64,000 nt of DNA. It comes from a virus. The DNA lies in the IMG/VR virus record IMGVR_UViG_3300049893_000724, positions 32,001 through 96,000 of that record. One strand, given 5' to 3'. Of the stretch, positions 36,738-45,650 are shown one piece after another (within the stretch, counting starts at the first letter, position 1; each line of letters starts with the position of its first letter). The notes under the pieces were generated by a model. It was not told where the DNA came from. It saw only the letters and a program-made list of their open reading frames with translations, and did not search any database. Both the position numbers and the translations under genes were made by a program.

Positions 36738-36989
36738 TCAGCGAACCTCAAAGTCCAAACGCTTTACTTTGCGTTGGCGTCTTGCCTCTTGCCAGGCAAT
36801 ATCTTGTGAAGAGAGAACATTGGTTTTTTGTTCTTTCTGAATAGAGTTTAGCATTACAACTCGTGATAAGTCAACTGCGGAAATCTTATCACCACGAATT
36901 GTTGCCATATTTGGACAACCACAAGTGATTGTTTTCGTTGGGTGTCCAGTAAGTTCTTTATTGCAATCTTTGCATCTTATTGAAATCAT
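36738..36989 (-). CDS. Small Cys-rich hypothetical protein
   Basis: CKDC and CGC motifs. Confidence 0.7.
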   Translation of the reverse strand: MISIRCKDCNKELTGHPTKTITCGCPNMATIRGDKISAVDLSRVVMLNSIQKEQKTNVLSSQDIAWQEARRQRKVKRLDFEVR

Positions 36990-37004
36990 TGTTCTTCATC
37001 CTAC

Positions 37005-37439
37005 TCATTGTAAATGAGATCTTAACTGCCAAACAAATTTACCGTGAGACTCCATTAAATCTTGAACTAGATTTGCAGTTGCGTATTGCTTTTGCCCTTC
37101 AGACTCTTCTGAAATCTCCTGCATTAGTTCACAAAACTTTTCGTTGTTCTCAAGCAGTTCCTGAAGCATTTCTTTTGCTCCTGTTGAACTTGCTGCTTCT
37201 TTAATCTGAGTAACCTCAAGCATTCTTGAAAGAGAACTGAGAGGTTTTACATTCAGATAACGCATATGTTCTGAGAGACGATCAATCTCTTCAAACATAG
37301 TTTCGTACTGTCCACCAAAGAGTTGATGAAGTTGAGTGAAATCTTCACCAACTACATTCCAATGAAATGCCCAAGTTTTATGAAACAAAACAAAAAGTGA
37401 TGACTGAGCATCACTCAAGAGTTTAAATAGTTTTTCCAT
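37005..37439 (-). CDS. dps: Dps / ferritin-like DNA-protection protein
   Basis: HKTWAFHWNVVGEDFTQLHQLF, EIDRLSEHMR. Confidence 0.9.
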   Translation of the reverse strand: MEKLFKLLSDAQSSLFVLFHKTWAFHWNVVGEDFTQLHQLFGGQYETMFEEIDRLSEHMRYLNVKPLSSLSRMLEVTQIKEAASSTGAKEMLQELLENNEKFCELMQEISEESEGQKQYATANLVQDLMESHGKFVWQLRSHLQ

Positions 37440-37467
37440 TATACTCTTTTTTTAAATATTTATCAAG

Positions 37468-37539
37468 TGGGCGATGACGGATTCGAACCGCCGACCAATT
37501 GCGTGTAAAGCAACTGCGCTACCGCTGCGCTAATCGCCC
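37468..37539 (-). tRNA. tRNA-Val(TAC)
   Basis: GGGCGATTAGCGCAGCGG...GTTGC-TT-TAC-AC-GCAAT. Confidence 0.95.
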
Positions 37540-37543
37540 GTGT

Positions 37544-37672
37544 TATGTTTCCAGTAGCCACTCTTATCTCCCATAAGGAAGATGTAGGCATCGAACCTAC
37601 AAAGGACAGTCTCTAACGAAACCGCTGGGAATTCCACCCAGAACATAGTTGGAAGAACCAAAGTACTTCCAA
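37544..37672 (-). ncRNA. tRNA-like structured RNA of unknown identity
   Basis: T-arm TGTAGG-TTCGATG-CCTACA plus three further hairpins between tRNA-Asn and tRNA-Val. Confidence 0.5.
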
Positions 37673-37744
37673 CTCCCCCTCCTGGATTCGAACCAGGGAC
37701 CAAATGATTAACAGTCATCTGCGCTACCGCTGCGCCAAGGAGGA
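37673..37744 (-). tRNA. tRNA-Asn(GTT)
   Basis: TCCTCCTTGGCGCAGCGG...GATGA-CT-GTT-AA-TCATT. Confidence 0.95.
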
Positions 37745-37832
37745 ATGAGGAGAAGGAGTGCTCTTGGGCGAACCCGCAGGATCACTTCTCCTATTGGCGT
37801 CTTTCTAGGCTATCTGCCTAGCGACTACCAAG

Positions 37833-37903
37833 AGCGGGTAACCGGGTTCGAACCGGTGATTCCAACTTGGAAGGATGGCGTGTTACCGCTACACCATACC
37901 CGC
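37833..37903 (-). tRNA. tRNA-Gly(TCC)
   Basis: GCGGGTATGGTGTAGCGG...CCATC-CT-TCC-AA-GTTGG. Confidence 0.93.
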
Positions 37904-37947
37904 AGGTGAGAAACATAGAGGGGTGGTGGTGTCTCTACGTTTCTCAT

Positions 37948-37982
37948 ATGACAATTATAAGGTGTGGATTTATAATTGTCAA
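37948..37982. promoter_or_regulatory. Palindromic sigma70 promoter
   Basis: Minus TTGACA-17-TATAAT; plus ATGACA-17-TATAAT; 12-bp perfect inverted repeat. Confidence 0.75.
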
Positions 37983-37983
37983 G

Positions 37984-38065
37984 TGTCGATGAAAGGACTT
38001 GAACCTTCACAGAATACTCTACTGGAACCTAAACCCAGCGCGTCTACCAATTCCGCCACATCGAC
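37984..38065 (-). tRNA. tRNA-Leu(TAG)
   Basis: GTCGATGTGGCGGAATTGG...CTGGG-TT-TAG-GT-TCCAG, long variable arm. Confidence 0.95.
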
Positions 38066-38367
38066 TAATTACGAAGTTCTACGTGAACCTCACGATGACA
38101 GTTAGCACAAAGTATAGAACACTTGTCTAACTCTGCTTGTATTTTTTTCCAACTCCAAAGTCGCATCTTAGTCCAAGATGCTTCTTTTTCTATTGGATTA
38201 AGATGGTGAAATTCTAAAACATCTGGATACTTATCATATCCACATCTTTCACATTTTCCACCTTTGTATTCTACGGCATCAAGTTTTCTTTGACGCCATC
38301 TTTGAATACAATACTGATTGAAGGCAGATTTCTCTTCCTCCGTCATCAGTTTATATGGTTTACTCAT
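38065..38367 (-). CDS. HNH endonuclease (free-standing, homing-type)
   Basis: CERCG, LEFHHLNP, CSILCANCHREVH. Confidence 0.85.
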   Translation of the reverse strand: MSKPYKLMTEEEKSAFNQYCIQRWRQRKLDAVEYKGGKCERCGYDKYPDVLEFHHLNPIEKEASWTKMRLWSWKKIQAELDKCSILCANCHREVHVELRN

Positions 38368-38392
38368 TAGATTAGAATGTATAAGTCTAATC

Positions 38393-38400
38393 TATTTATA
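38393..38400 (-). promoter_or_regulatory. T4 late promoter
   Basis: Exact TATAAATA ending 26 nt upstream of the HNH ATG. Confidence 0.75.
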
Positions 38401-38407
38401 AACCAAA

Positions 38408-38480
38408 CAGGCACGGAGAGGGTCGAACTCCCAATCGACATCTTAGAAGGATGCTGCATTATCCATTATGCTACGTGCCC
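38408..38480 (-). tRNA. tRNA-Arg(TCT)
   Basis: GGGCACGTAGCATAATGG...GCATC-CT-TCT-AA-GATGT. Confidence 0.95.
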
Positions 38481-38572
38481 AAAAGACCTCCTGGTTTGTG
38501 CATCGTTGAGAGGCATAGGAGGGGCAGGACTTACACGGAGTTTGGACCCCCGCTGCCTATGAGAGTATTGTA

Positions 38573-38971
38573 TCAGTTCTTAGGGCAGTCGTCAACCCAT
38601 ACAGAACAAATCCTCATTTCACCTCCTAATAATCTTTGAGCTTCTGAGCTATCTGGAGCTTTCTCGCTTAACCGTGGCAAAGGTATTTTAGGTGTTCCAG
38701 TGTCTCCTGTCAAGCGTTCATATTCACGAATAGCTCTATCAACATCACGCTCGACTCTTCTTTCAATAATCTTAGGGTCTTTAAGCAGCACGTCGTTGAT
38801 TACAGTGCCTGGGAATAGGGACCTCTGAACCTCGTCTAAGAGGTCCCAGAGCGCCTCCTGGGACGCTCCAGTGCATTGGGAGAGAGTTGCTACGATACCA
38901 CTTAATACAACGCTTATAAGGATTATCTGGTTCTTATCTGGTTTCTTCTTTCCGAAGTTAAAATTAAACAT
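38573..38971 (-). CDS. Membrane-anchored hypothetical protein
   Basis: N-terminal hydrophobic segment; C-terminal Cys pair. Confidence 0.7.
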   Translation of the reverse strand: MFNFNFGKKKPDKNQIILISVVLSGIVATLSQCTGASQEALWDLLDEVQRSLFPGTVINDVLLKDPKIIERRVERDVDRAIREYERLTGDTGTPKIPLPRLSEKAPDSSEAQRLLGGEMRICSVWVDDCPKN

Positions 38972-39032
38972 AAAAAAAGGGGAGTAGCAACACTCCCCTC
39001 TATTTATTATTCAGTTGTTATATTTTATTGTA

Positions 39033-39665
39033 TCAAACTTCTACCGTGATCAGTTTGGAAGCATACTCATGAGCATACGAAGTGCGGGCACCATGATGCC
39101 CCCAACCAATCCAACTATACGCATAGTCCATGTAACGATTGATAGACTTACCTGGAGTTTTCATCCTGTCTTCAATACGTTGCCATTGAACCTCAGTCGT
39201 TAGATAACGAAGTTGCGTATGAAGTGATGATGGAGAACCACCATACTTCTTAGCAAAATCACCCAATCCATAATATCTGTTGGCAGATGTCCATTGGATC
39301 AGTCCATAACCGCCGTAGCAATTATAGTAACTGGTCCTGCTACCACCTTCACAAACATTAGGAACAAAAGTAGACTCTTGTCTAATGTTGCCCATGATAG
39401 TAGCAAGGGCGTTTCTGTCTTTAATACCACGCTCCTGGAAGAATGCCAGGGTAGCATTTTCATGTTCATTACACCCTTTACAAATTAGCCTTTTCTCTTT
39501 TGGCTTTTCAGCGGGAGCAACCTCTTTGGTCGCTGTCGTATCAAACTCCTTAATGATTGAGAATGGCACTGGAGGTGCCGTCAGAGGAGGAAATACAGGC
39601 AGTGTTGCCACATTGGTTGTAACCGTTGCCACAAGAGGCAGGGCTACTGTAAAGAAATTTTGCAC
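39033..39665 (-). CDS. Exported phage-tail-lysozyme-like cell-wall hydrolase
   Basis: ALATIMGNIRQES, GYGLIQWT; signal peptide; GTG start. Confidence 0.8.
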   Translation of the reverse strand: MQNFFTVALPLVATVTTNVATLPVFPPLTAPPVPFSIIKEFDTTATKEVAPAEKPKEKRLICKGCNEHENATLAFFQERGIKDRNALATIMGNIRQESTFVPNVCEGGSRTSYYNCYGGYGLIQWTSANRYYGLGDFAKKYGGSPSSLHTQLRYLTTEVQWQRIEDRMKTPGKSINRYMDYAYSWIGWGHHGARTSYAHEYASKLITVEV

Positions 39666-39794
39666 TAGTTTTAATTGAACTCTACATCCGTATAGGGAAA
39701 GCGCACTTCCCTCTTCTCAGAGGGCAGACCCCACGGCTCTAAATCAACTCAAAGTCTCATTATGAGAAAACCCACTTTTCAGTGGGTTATTAGC

Positions 39795-39823
39795 ATTATA
39801 AGTTTTTATTTAGATTTTGTCAA
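39795..39823 (-). promoter_or_regulatory. sigma70 promoter for the lysozyme-like gene
   Basis: TTGACA (39823-39818), 17 nt, TATAAT (39800-39795). Confidence 0.75.
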
Positions 39824-39993
39824 GATTCTGGTTCTAGAGAGACAATTTCTAATTCATCTCCTTCTGGTTCAATCCACTCATAGAACTCAGCAAGAATAGC
39901 ACGGGCATCCTCTTTTGGAATACTCATATCAGCAGCACGGTCAAGAGACCAAGTTCGTACATGAGCAACAATGTCTTCAGTCGTTGCATTCAT
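39820..39993 (-). CDS. Small acidic hypothetical protein
   Basis: Likely start MNATTEDIVAHV at 39993. Confidence 0.65.
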   Translation of the reverse strand: MNATTEDIVAHVRTWSLDRAADMSIPKEDARAILAEFYEWIEPEGDELEIVSLEPES

Positions 39994-40420
39994 AATAGTC
40001 TTTTCGGAAGTACCTGTTGAGGATGTTGCTATTGTAGTATCTGGGTACTCCACTGTCAAGGGACTCTGTGAGGACGTTATGTGCGAATAGCTGTCGCGTT
40101 TCCTCAAAGTTTGTTTTGCCCTTTGTTTTATGTAATGATAAAATAGTGCGCGTAAAATTCTCCCTACCATACTTATCTACATCTTCCTTAAGTTCTGGAC
40201 ATGATCCGTAGTATTTTTTCCAATCAGACTCCGACTTAACTTTTCTAGATTTTCCTCTTGGTGTGCGGAAACTCCAGAAATACTTTCTACCAATATAGTC
40301 ACGATTAGTTTGGTTGCAATGAATATGATATACAAAACCAAAATAATCTTGAATATCACTTGAACCAAATACCTCTCCATTGTAGGTCCAAGGATTTTCA
40401 TAGTCAATATCTATACTCAT
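39977..40420 (-). CDS. GIY-YIG endonuclease family protein
   Basis: FGFVYHI...YIGRKYFW, YYGS, FTRTIL, YYNSNI. Confidence 0.8.
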   Translation of the reverse strand: MSIDIDYENPWTYNGEVFGSSDIQDYFGFVYHIHCNQTNRDYIGRKYFWSFRTPRGKSRKVKSESDWKKYYGSCPELKEDVDKYGRENFTRTILSLHKTKGKTNFEETRQLFAHNVLTESLDSGVPRYYNSNILNRYFRKDYYECND

Positions 40421-40565
40421 CAAGAATGTATAACACTTCGTCCAGATATTTATGAGCAAGTCCTTTCATATCCATATCGTGCCTAACGTGCTCTGTGTGA
40501 AGTTGATTCTTGAGTTTTAAAACACGAACCTTAAGTTCTTCTTTCGTTATTTTATTTTTAGACAT
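40404..40565 (-). CDS. Small hypothetical protein (53 aa)
   Basis: Manual translation MSKNKITKEELKVRVLKLKNQL...DEYRY*. Confidence 0.6.
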   Translation of the reverse strand: MSKNKITKEELKVRVLKLKNQLHTEHVRHDMDMKGLAHKYLDEVLYILDEYRY

Positions 40566-40578
40566 AAAAAAGAGGAGC

Positions 40579-40761
40579 TTATTGCTCCTCTATGTAGTAA
40601 TTATTGTTCATCCATTCATTACAATAGTCATAATCTCCAAACAAATACTCATCACACTCTGCAGCGTCTTTATATGCGTTCAGGATTGCCTGTTCGCACC
40701 ATTCATCATAGTTTGAATCCTGAGAAAGTATTTTTGGTAACATCTTGCTTGATTCCACCAA
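40579..40761 (-). CDS. Small acidic hypothetical protein (start uncertain)
   Basis: ORF track; overlaps the nrdB end. Confidence 0.45.
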   Translation of the reverse strand: MVESSKMLPKILSQDSNYDEWCEQAILNAYKDAAECDEYLFGDYDYCNEWMNNNYYIEEQ

Positions 40762-41890
40762 CTACATATGATTCTACCTCCGTTTCCTGGGGAGCAACCT
40801 GAAGACCTTTGGAAGAAATCCAGTGCTGGGTCCAAGGAAGGGGATTATTGTTTGCTGAAATATCGTATTGGGGTTTTAATCCAATTGCTTTAAGTCTTCT
40901 GTTTGCAATCCATTCGACGTATTGCTGAAGAAGTTTGTCGTTCAGTCCAATCATGCTGCCATCTTTGAACAGATAATCTGCCCATCTCTTTTCTTCGTTT
41001 ACAGCACGATCAAACATCTTATACGTCCACTCCTCTTCTTCCTTCATAATCTGCTTCATTTCTGGATCATCACCATCACGCCATTTGTTTAAAATGTTTT
41101 GAGTGATAGCTAGATGTTGGTTTTCGTCTCTTGCGATAAGAGAGATGATCTTAGCGGATCCTTCCATAAGCTTAAGTTCGCCAAAGGCGAAACTACAAGC
41201 AAAACTAACGTAGAACCGAATACCTTCAAGAATGTTAACGTTTGCGACTGCTCTGTACAGTTTTCGTTTGACATCGTTGAGTGTTTCTTTTGCGTTTTGA
41301 ACTCCTTCAAGTCTGAACATCCAATCGTTGGAAGTTCCATAGTTTTGCGCTGACTGAATAAAGTCATCATATGATTCCGTAACGGTCTTAGCACGCTCCA
41401 GAATACGCTCATCCCTGATGATAGTATCAAATACCTCACTTGGGTCTGAATAAACGTTTTTAATGATGTAGGTGTATGAGCGACTATGGATCATCTCCAT
41501 AAATCCCCATACTTCCATACACGCCTCCAGTTCAGGAAGAGAGCAATATGGAATAAATGCCATACCAGGACCACGACCCTGAACTGAGTCAAGCATAATT
41601 TGATACTTTAAATTAGAAGTGTAGATATGCTTTTGTTCTGGGCGCAAAGTTTGATAGTCACCGCGATCCTTCTGGAGAGACACCTCTTCGGGTCTCCAGA
41701 AGTATCCAAGTTGCTGAGTAGTCAGTTTATCGAAGATAGGATATTTGTACGAATCATATCTCTGGATTCCAAGAGGTTGTCCAAAAAACATTGGTTGTTT
41801 TTTGGTGTCAACTTTTTCAGTATTAAAAACCGTCATTCCTTTGATTTGGGGTTCCTCTGTTGAGGAAATTTTAAACTGCACAGGATTCAC
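40706..41890 (-). CDS. nrdB: Ribonucleotide reductase class Ia beta subunit
   Basis: FWRPEEVSL, EMIHSRSY, LEGIRFYVSF, RDENQH, VAPQETE. Confidence 0.97.
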   Translation of the reverse strand: MNPVQFKISSTEEPQIKGMTVFNTEKVDTKKQPMFFGQPLGIQRYDSYKYPIFDKLTTQQLGYFWRPEEVSLQKDRGDYQTLRPEQKHIYTSNLKYQIMLDSVQGRGPGMAFIPYCSLPELEACMEVWGFMEMIHSRSYTYIIKNVYSDPSEVFDTIIRDERILERAKTVTESYDDFIQSAQNYGTSNDWMFRLEGVQNAKETLNDVKRKLYRAVANVNILEGIRFYVSFACSFAFGELKLMEGSAKIISLIARDENQHLAITQNILNKWRDGDDPEMKQIMKEEEEWTYKMFDRAVNEEKRWADYLFKDGSMIGLNDKLLQQYVEWIANRRLKAIGLKPQYDISANNNPLPWTQHWISSKGLQVAPQETEVESYVVGGIKQDVTKNTFSGFKL

Positions 41891-44168
41891 ACTCTCCCTC
41901 CTCTACTGAACTTAACTCACTTAGCAAATCTTGAAGTTTGGGTTTTTCTTCTTCTACCTCATCATTCTTCATATCGTGAGTGTTTTGGTAGTAAGAAGTT
42001 TTCCACCCATACTTGTATGTAGTCAAAAAGTCTTGTGCCATCACGGACACTGGGACTTCGTTATCTTCGTAATTCTCCGGATTATAGGACCAGTTTCCAG
42101 AAATCGCTTGATCAAAGAACTTTTGCATAACAGCAACAATATTGATATACCCACGATTGCTAGGCATATCCCACAGTAACGTGTAATTGTTCTTAAGGGT
42201 ATGATACTGAGGAACGATTTGCTTGAGTGGTCCCTTCTTAGATTTCTTAACGGACAAGAATCCACGGGGAGGTTCAATTCCATTGGTTGCGTTTGACACA
42301 ACGGAACTGCTCTCCGATGGCATCTGTGCGGACAGTGTTGAGTGCCTGAGGCCGTGTTCCAAGATTGATGCTCTAAGACCTTCCCAATCATGTTGATAAG
42401 ATACTGAAGTGATTTCGTCTACGTCTTTCTTGTATGTATCGATTGGAAGAAGACCATCCGCATACTTTGTGCGACCAAAGTATTCACAGTGCCCCTTTTC
42501 TTTTGCAAGTTGGTTAGATGCTTTCAGTAGATAATACTGGAATGACTCCGAGAGTCCATGGACGGCATCCCATGCTTCTTGGGAATCATAATTAAAACCA
42601 AGTTTTGCCAAATAGTGTGCGAGACCAATAAATCCTATACCAAGGGAACGACGTGCCTTAGTGGCGATTTCTGCTGCCTCTACGGGGTACTTCTGATAGT
42701 CAATTAACTCATCAAGTCCACGTACTGAAAGGTCACAAAGTTCCTCAAGTTCTTCATCAGACTTTACCTTTCCAACATTAATAGCGGAAAGAATGCATAG
42801 TGCAATCTCACCAAACTTATCATCAATATGATTGATTGGATATGTTGGCAAAGTAATCTCTTGGCAAAGATTACTCATATTAACTTTATCCTTGAACGAT
42901 GAGTGAGAATTGCAATGGTCAATGTTCATGATGTAGACACGACCCGTCTCCGCACGTTCTTTAAGTAAGTTAAGGATGAGTTCCTGCGCTTTAATAGTTT
43001 TTTTCTTAACGGACGGATCTTTTTCATATTGTACGTAGAGATCATCAAACTCAGGGAGTCCAAAGCTATCATAAAGTCCAGGGACATCATGCGGAGAGAA
43101 AAGCGTGATCTCACCGTCTTGAATAAATCTTTCATAGAACAACTTGCTAATTTGAATTGAATAGTCAAGTTTACGGACACGATTATCTTCCGTACCCTTG
43201 TTATTTTTAAGAACAAGAATATCTTCTATTTCTTGGTGCCAGATTGGAAAGTGGACAGTAGCACTTCCACCGCGAATCCCGTTTTGTGTACAACATCTGA
43301 CAGTTGCCTCAAACTTTTTGAGAAATGGGACAACACCGGTATGCTGAACTTCACCGCCTCTGATTTTACTGTTGATGCCACGGATGCGACCTGCGTTGAT
43401 ACCAATTCCTGCTCTTTGAGCAACATAGCGACCAATTGCCATATCAGAGCTGAAGATGCTATCAAGGGTGTCATCAACGTCAACAAGAACGCAACTTGCA
43501 AATTGACGAAGTGGGGTTCTAACACCTGCCATGATTGGTGTAGGAATGTTGATTTTGTGCTTGGAGATTGCGTCATAGTACCTCCTGACGTATGACATTC
43601 TGGTTTCTTTGGGATATTCTGCAAAGATAGTCAGTGCAATCATCATGTACATAAATTGCGGAGTCTCATAAACTCCACCACCGCTCCTATCCTGCACGAG
43701 GTACTTATCAACGACTTGACGTAGACCTGCATAAGTGAACAGATAGTCACGGTCATGATCAATAAATGAATTAGCTTTATCAATCTCTTCCCGTGAATAC
43801 TTTGCAAAGATGTCTTTATCATATACATCGATGTTGGTGCAAGTGTAGATATGCTGTTCAAGATGAGGAAGTTCTTTCATCTTTCCATAAAGTTGTTTAC
43901 GAACAGCAAAAAGAAGCAGACGGGCAGCAACGAACTGATAATTTGGGTGATCTAGATCAATCAGGTCAGAAGCAGAACGAATCAGAATCTCCTGAATCTC
44001 TGCAGTTGTAATACCATCATAAAATTGAATACCAGACTTCATCTCTACTTGACTCGCAGATACGCCTGCAAGACCCTTGCACGCCTCTTCAACCATCAAA
44101 TGCATCTTGTCTAGGTCAAGAGATTCAATACGTCCATCACGCTTTTGTACTTTTGTTCCGTTGCTCAT
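41871..44168 (-). CDS. nrdA: Ribonucleotide reductase class Ia alpha subunit
   Basis: N-terminal ATP cone, QFASC, MSNLCQEI, TSYYQ, C-terminal CESC. Confidence 0.97.
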   Translation of the reverse strand: MSNGTKVQKRDGRIESLDLDKMHLMVEEACKGLAGVSASQVEMKSGIQFYDGITTAEIQEILIRSASDLIDLDHPNYQFVAARLLLFAVRKQLYGKMKELPHLEQHIYTCTNIDVYDKDIFAKYSREEIDKANSFIDHDRDYLFTYAGLRQVVDKYLVQDRSGGGVYETPQFMYMMIALTIFAEYPKETRMSYVRRYYDAISKHKINIPTPIMAGVRTPLRQFASCVLVDVDDTLDSIFSSDMAIGRYVAQRAGIGINAGRIRGINSKIRGGEVQHTGVVPFLKKFEATVRCCTQNGIRGGSATVHFPIWHQEIEDILVLKNNKGTEDNRVRKLDYSIQISKLFYERFIQDGEITLFSPHDVPGLYDSFGLPEFDDLYVQYEKDPSVKKKTIKAQELILNLLKERAETGRVYIMNIDHCNSHSSFKDKVNMSNLCQEITLPTYPINHIDDKFGEIALCILSAINVGKVKSDEELEELCDLSVRGLDELIDYQKYPVEAAEIATKARRSLGIGFIGLAHYLAKLGFNYDSQEAWDAVHGLSESFQYYLLKASNQLAKEKGHCEYFGRTKYADGLLPIDTYKKDVDEITSVSYQHDWEGLRASILEHGLRHSTLSAQMPSESSSVVSNATNGIEPPRGFLSVKKSKKGPLKQIVPQYHTLKNNYTLLWDMPSNRGYINIVAVMQKFFDQAISGNWSYNPENYEDNEVPVSVMAQDFLTTYKYGWKTSYYQNTHDMKNDEVEEEKPKLQDLLSELSSVEEGECESCAV

Positions 44169-45139
44169 ATTTTCTTCCAGGTGGTAAATTTAAGTTTTGC
44201 TTCTAATCCAGAGTAAGTATTTAATTCTATCACAGACTGAACATCTAGTCCAGATAAAACCATATCATTAATATCTTTTTCTTTTATACTAGAGGGCCAG
44301 ATAACAATTTTTTCTCCTCGATCAATGGTGCGGGCGATTCTTGATACAATTTCTTGATTTCTTGGTTCGTTATCATAGATCCAAACAGGATTGCTAATCC
44401 CCCACTTATCAAGATCACCGTCAGCTCCGCAAAGAGCAATCGCGTTTGAAATGAAAGTGGAATCAAACGGACCTTCGGTGACGTAGATAGTTTTATCTTT
44501 TTGTAATTCATCAAGACCATATATTTTCGGGGCATTGTCATTCAACATTACAGTGATGTATTTAATCTTGCTAGGACTAAGTACTCTTCCCTGAAATCCG
44601 ACCAGAGTATTTTGATAAAACAAAGGAATAATAATCCTAGGTTCATCTCTTTCTGTGCTGTCGAATGTTAGTTGAAGAGAGTTAGTCCACTCCTTAAATT
44701 TTTCAGCGTAATAATAGTTATCTGGGTTTAACTTTCTGTTTACCAAATATTTTTTTGCGTCAGGATTTTCTGATGCTTTTGGCAAATCCAACTTTGGTTT
44801 GAACTTTGGTACTTCAAACTGAAACACTGGTTCTTCTACCGTAAAGTTTCTGCCAGTGTGACCTTCTTTAAATTTTTCAAATGTATATTGTTTATGAATA
44901 ACTGAATCAATCTCTTTCAGAAAATTATTGAAAGAGATATTGACTCCACAGTTATGACACTTGAAGTTTGTATTATTTTTGACTTGATACAGATATCCCC
45001 TTGCTTTATTCCTGTTCTTCTGGGAATCTCCGCAAATGGGGCATCGAAAGTTATAAAGATTATTTTTTACCTTTTTAAACTTTTGAAATCGCGCAGAAAT
45101 CAGATTGATGTATTTAACATCAACATAATCCATAATCAA
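44165..45139 (-). CDS. gp61: DNA primase (T4 gp61)
   Basis: CPICGDS zinc finger, CHNC, TEGPFD Toprim, KDINDM. Confidence 0.93.
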   Translation of the reverse strand: MIMDYVDVKYINLISARFQKFKKVKNNLYNFRCPICGDSQKNRNKARGYLYQVKNNTNFKCHNCGVNISFNNFLKEIDSVIHKQYTFEKFKEGHTGRNFTVEEPVFQFEVPKFKPKLDLPKASENPDAKKYLVNRKLNPDNYYYAEKFKEWTNSLQLTFDSTERDEPRIIIPLFYQNTLVGFQGRVLSPSKIKYITVMLNDNAPKIYGLDELQKDKTIYVTEGPFDSTFISNAIALCGADGDLDKWGISNPVWIYDNEPRNQEIVSRIARTIDRGEKIVIWPSSIKEKDINDMVLSGLDVQSVIELNTYSGLEAKLKFTTWKKI

Positions 45140-45297
45140 ACCTTGAAGGTCTATCTATTCTATCAGACTATTGTGCCTTGTCAAGGCAAAAATAGGTCAT
45201 GATTCCTGTCCATTTTATAACGGAATTTGTTATTTTTTGTAGAGAGTAAGCGGACAGTTTCTTTTTAGTTTTCATGGCAGCAAGTGCCAACACTCAA

Positions 45298-45645
45298 TTA
45301 TTTATTTTTTACTTGCTCTGTAACTGAATTAAATGAGGAAGTTATAAAATCTGTTACAAATGGAACAAATAATAAAGCGAGTGCTACAACACCTGCAGCC
45401 ATCCATCTAAATTTAAAGAGTTCTTCAACTTTTATTTCTAATTTTCCGATCTTTTCATTAGTATCTTCATCATTTCTCGCACAGTTAAAAATTCTTTCAT
45501 CATGAACTGCAAGCATCTTGCAGATGTTTTGATTGGTCTCACTTAGAGTTTGAATGGCAGCGTCTACACGCTCTACCATTTCCTCATGAATTTTTACTCT
45601 TTCTTCAAGAACTGCAACTTTAATTTTTGAATCTTGCCCAAACAT
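45298..45645 (-). CDS. Coiled-coil protein with C-terminal TM helix
   Basis: ORF track. Confidence 0.7.
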   Translation of the reverse strand: MFGQDSKIKVAVLEERVKIHEEMVERVDAAIQTLSETNQNICKMLAVHDERIFNCARNDEDTNEKIGKLEIKVEELFKFRWMAAGVVALALLFVPFVTDFITSSFNSVTEQVKNK

Positions 45646-45650
45646 TTCTC

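Noticed and set aside
37530-38105. Short ORFs at 37530-37718, 37825-38010 and 37875-38105
   Set aside because: They overlap tRNAs and structured RNA; chance open frames.
40706-44168. Checked nrdA and nrdB (and gp43, gp41 elsewhere) for inteins or group I introns
   Set aside because: Lengths and motif spacing are normal; no insertions seen.
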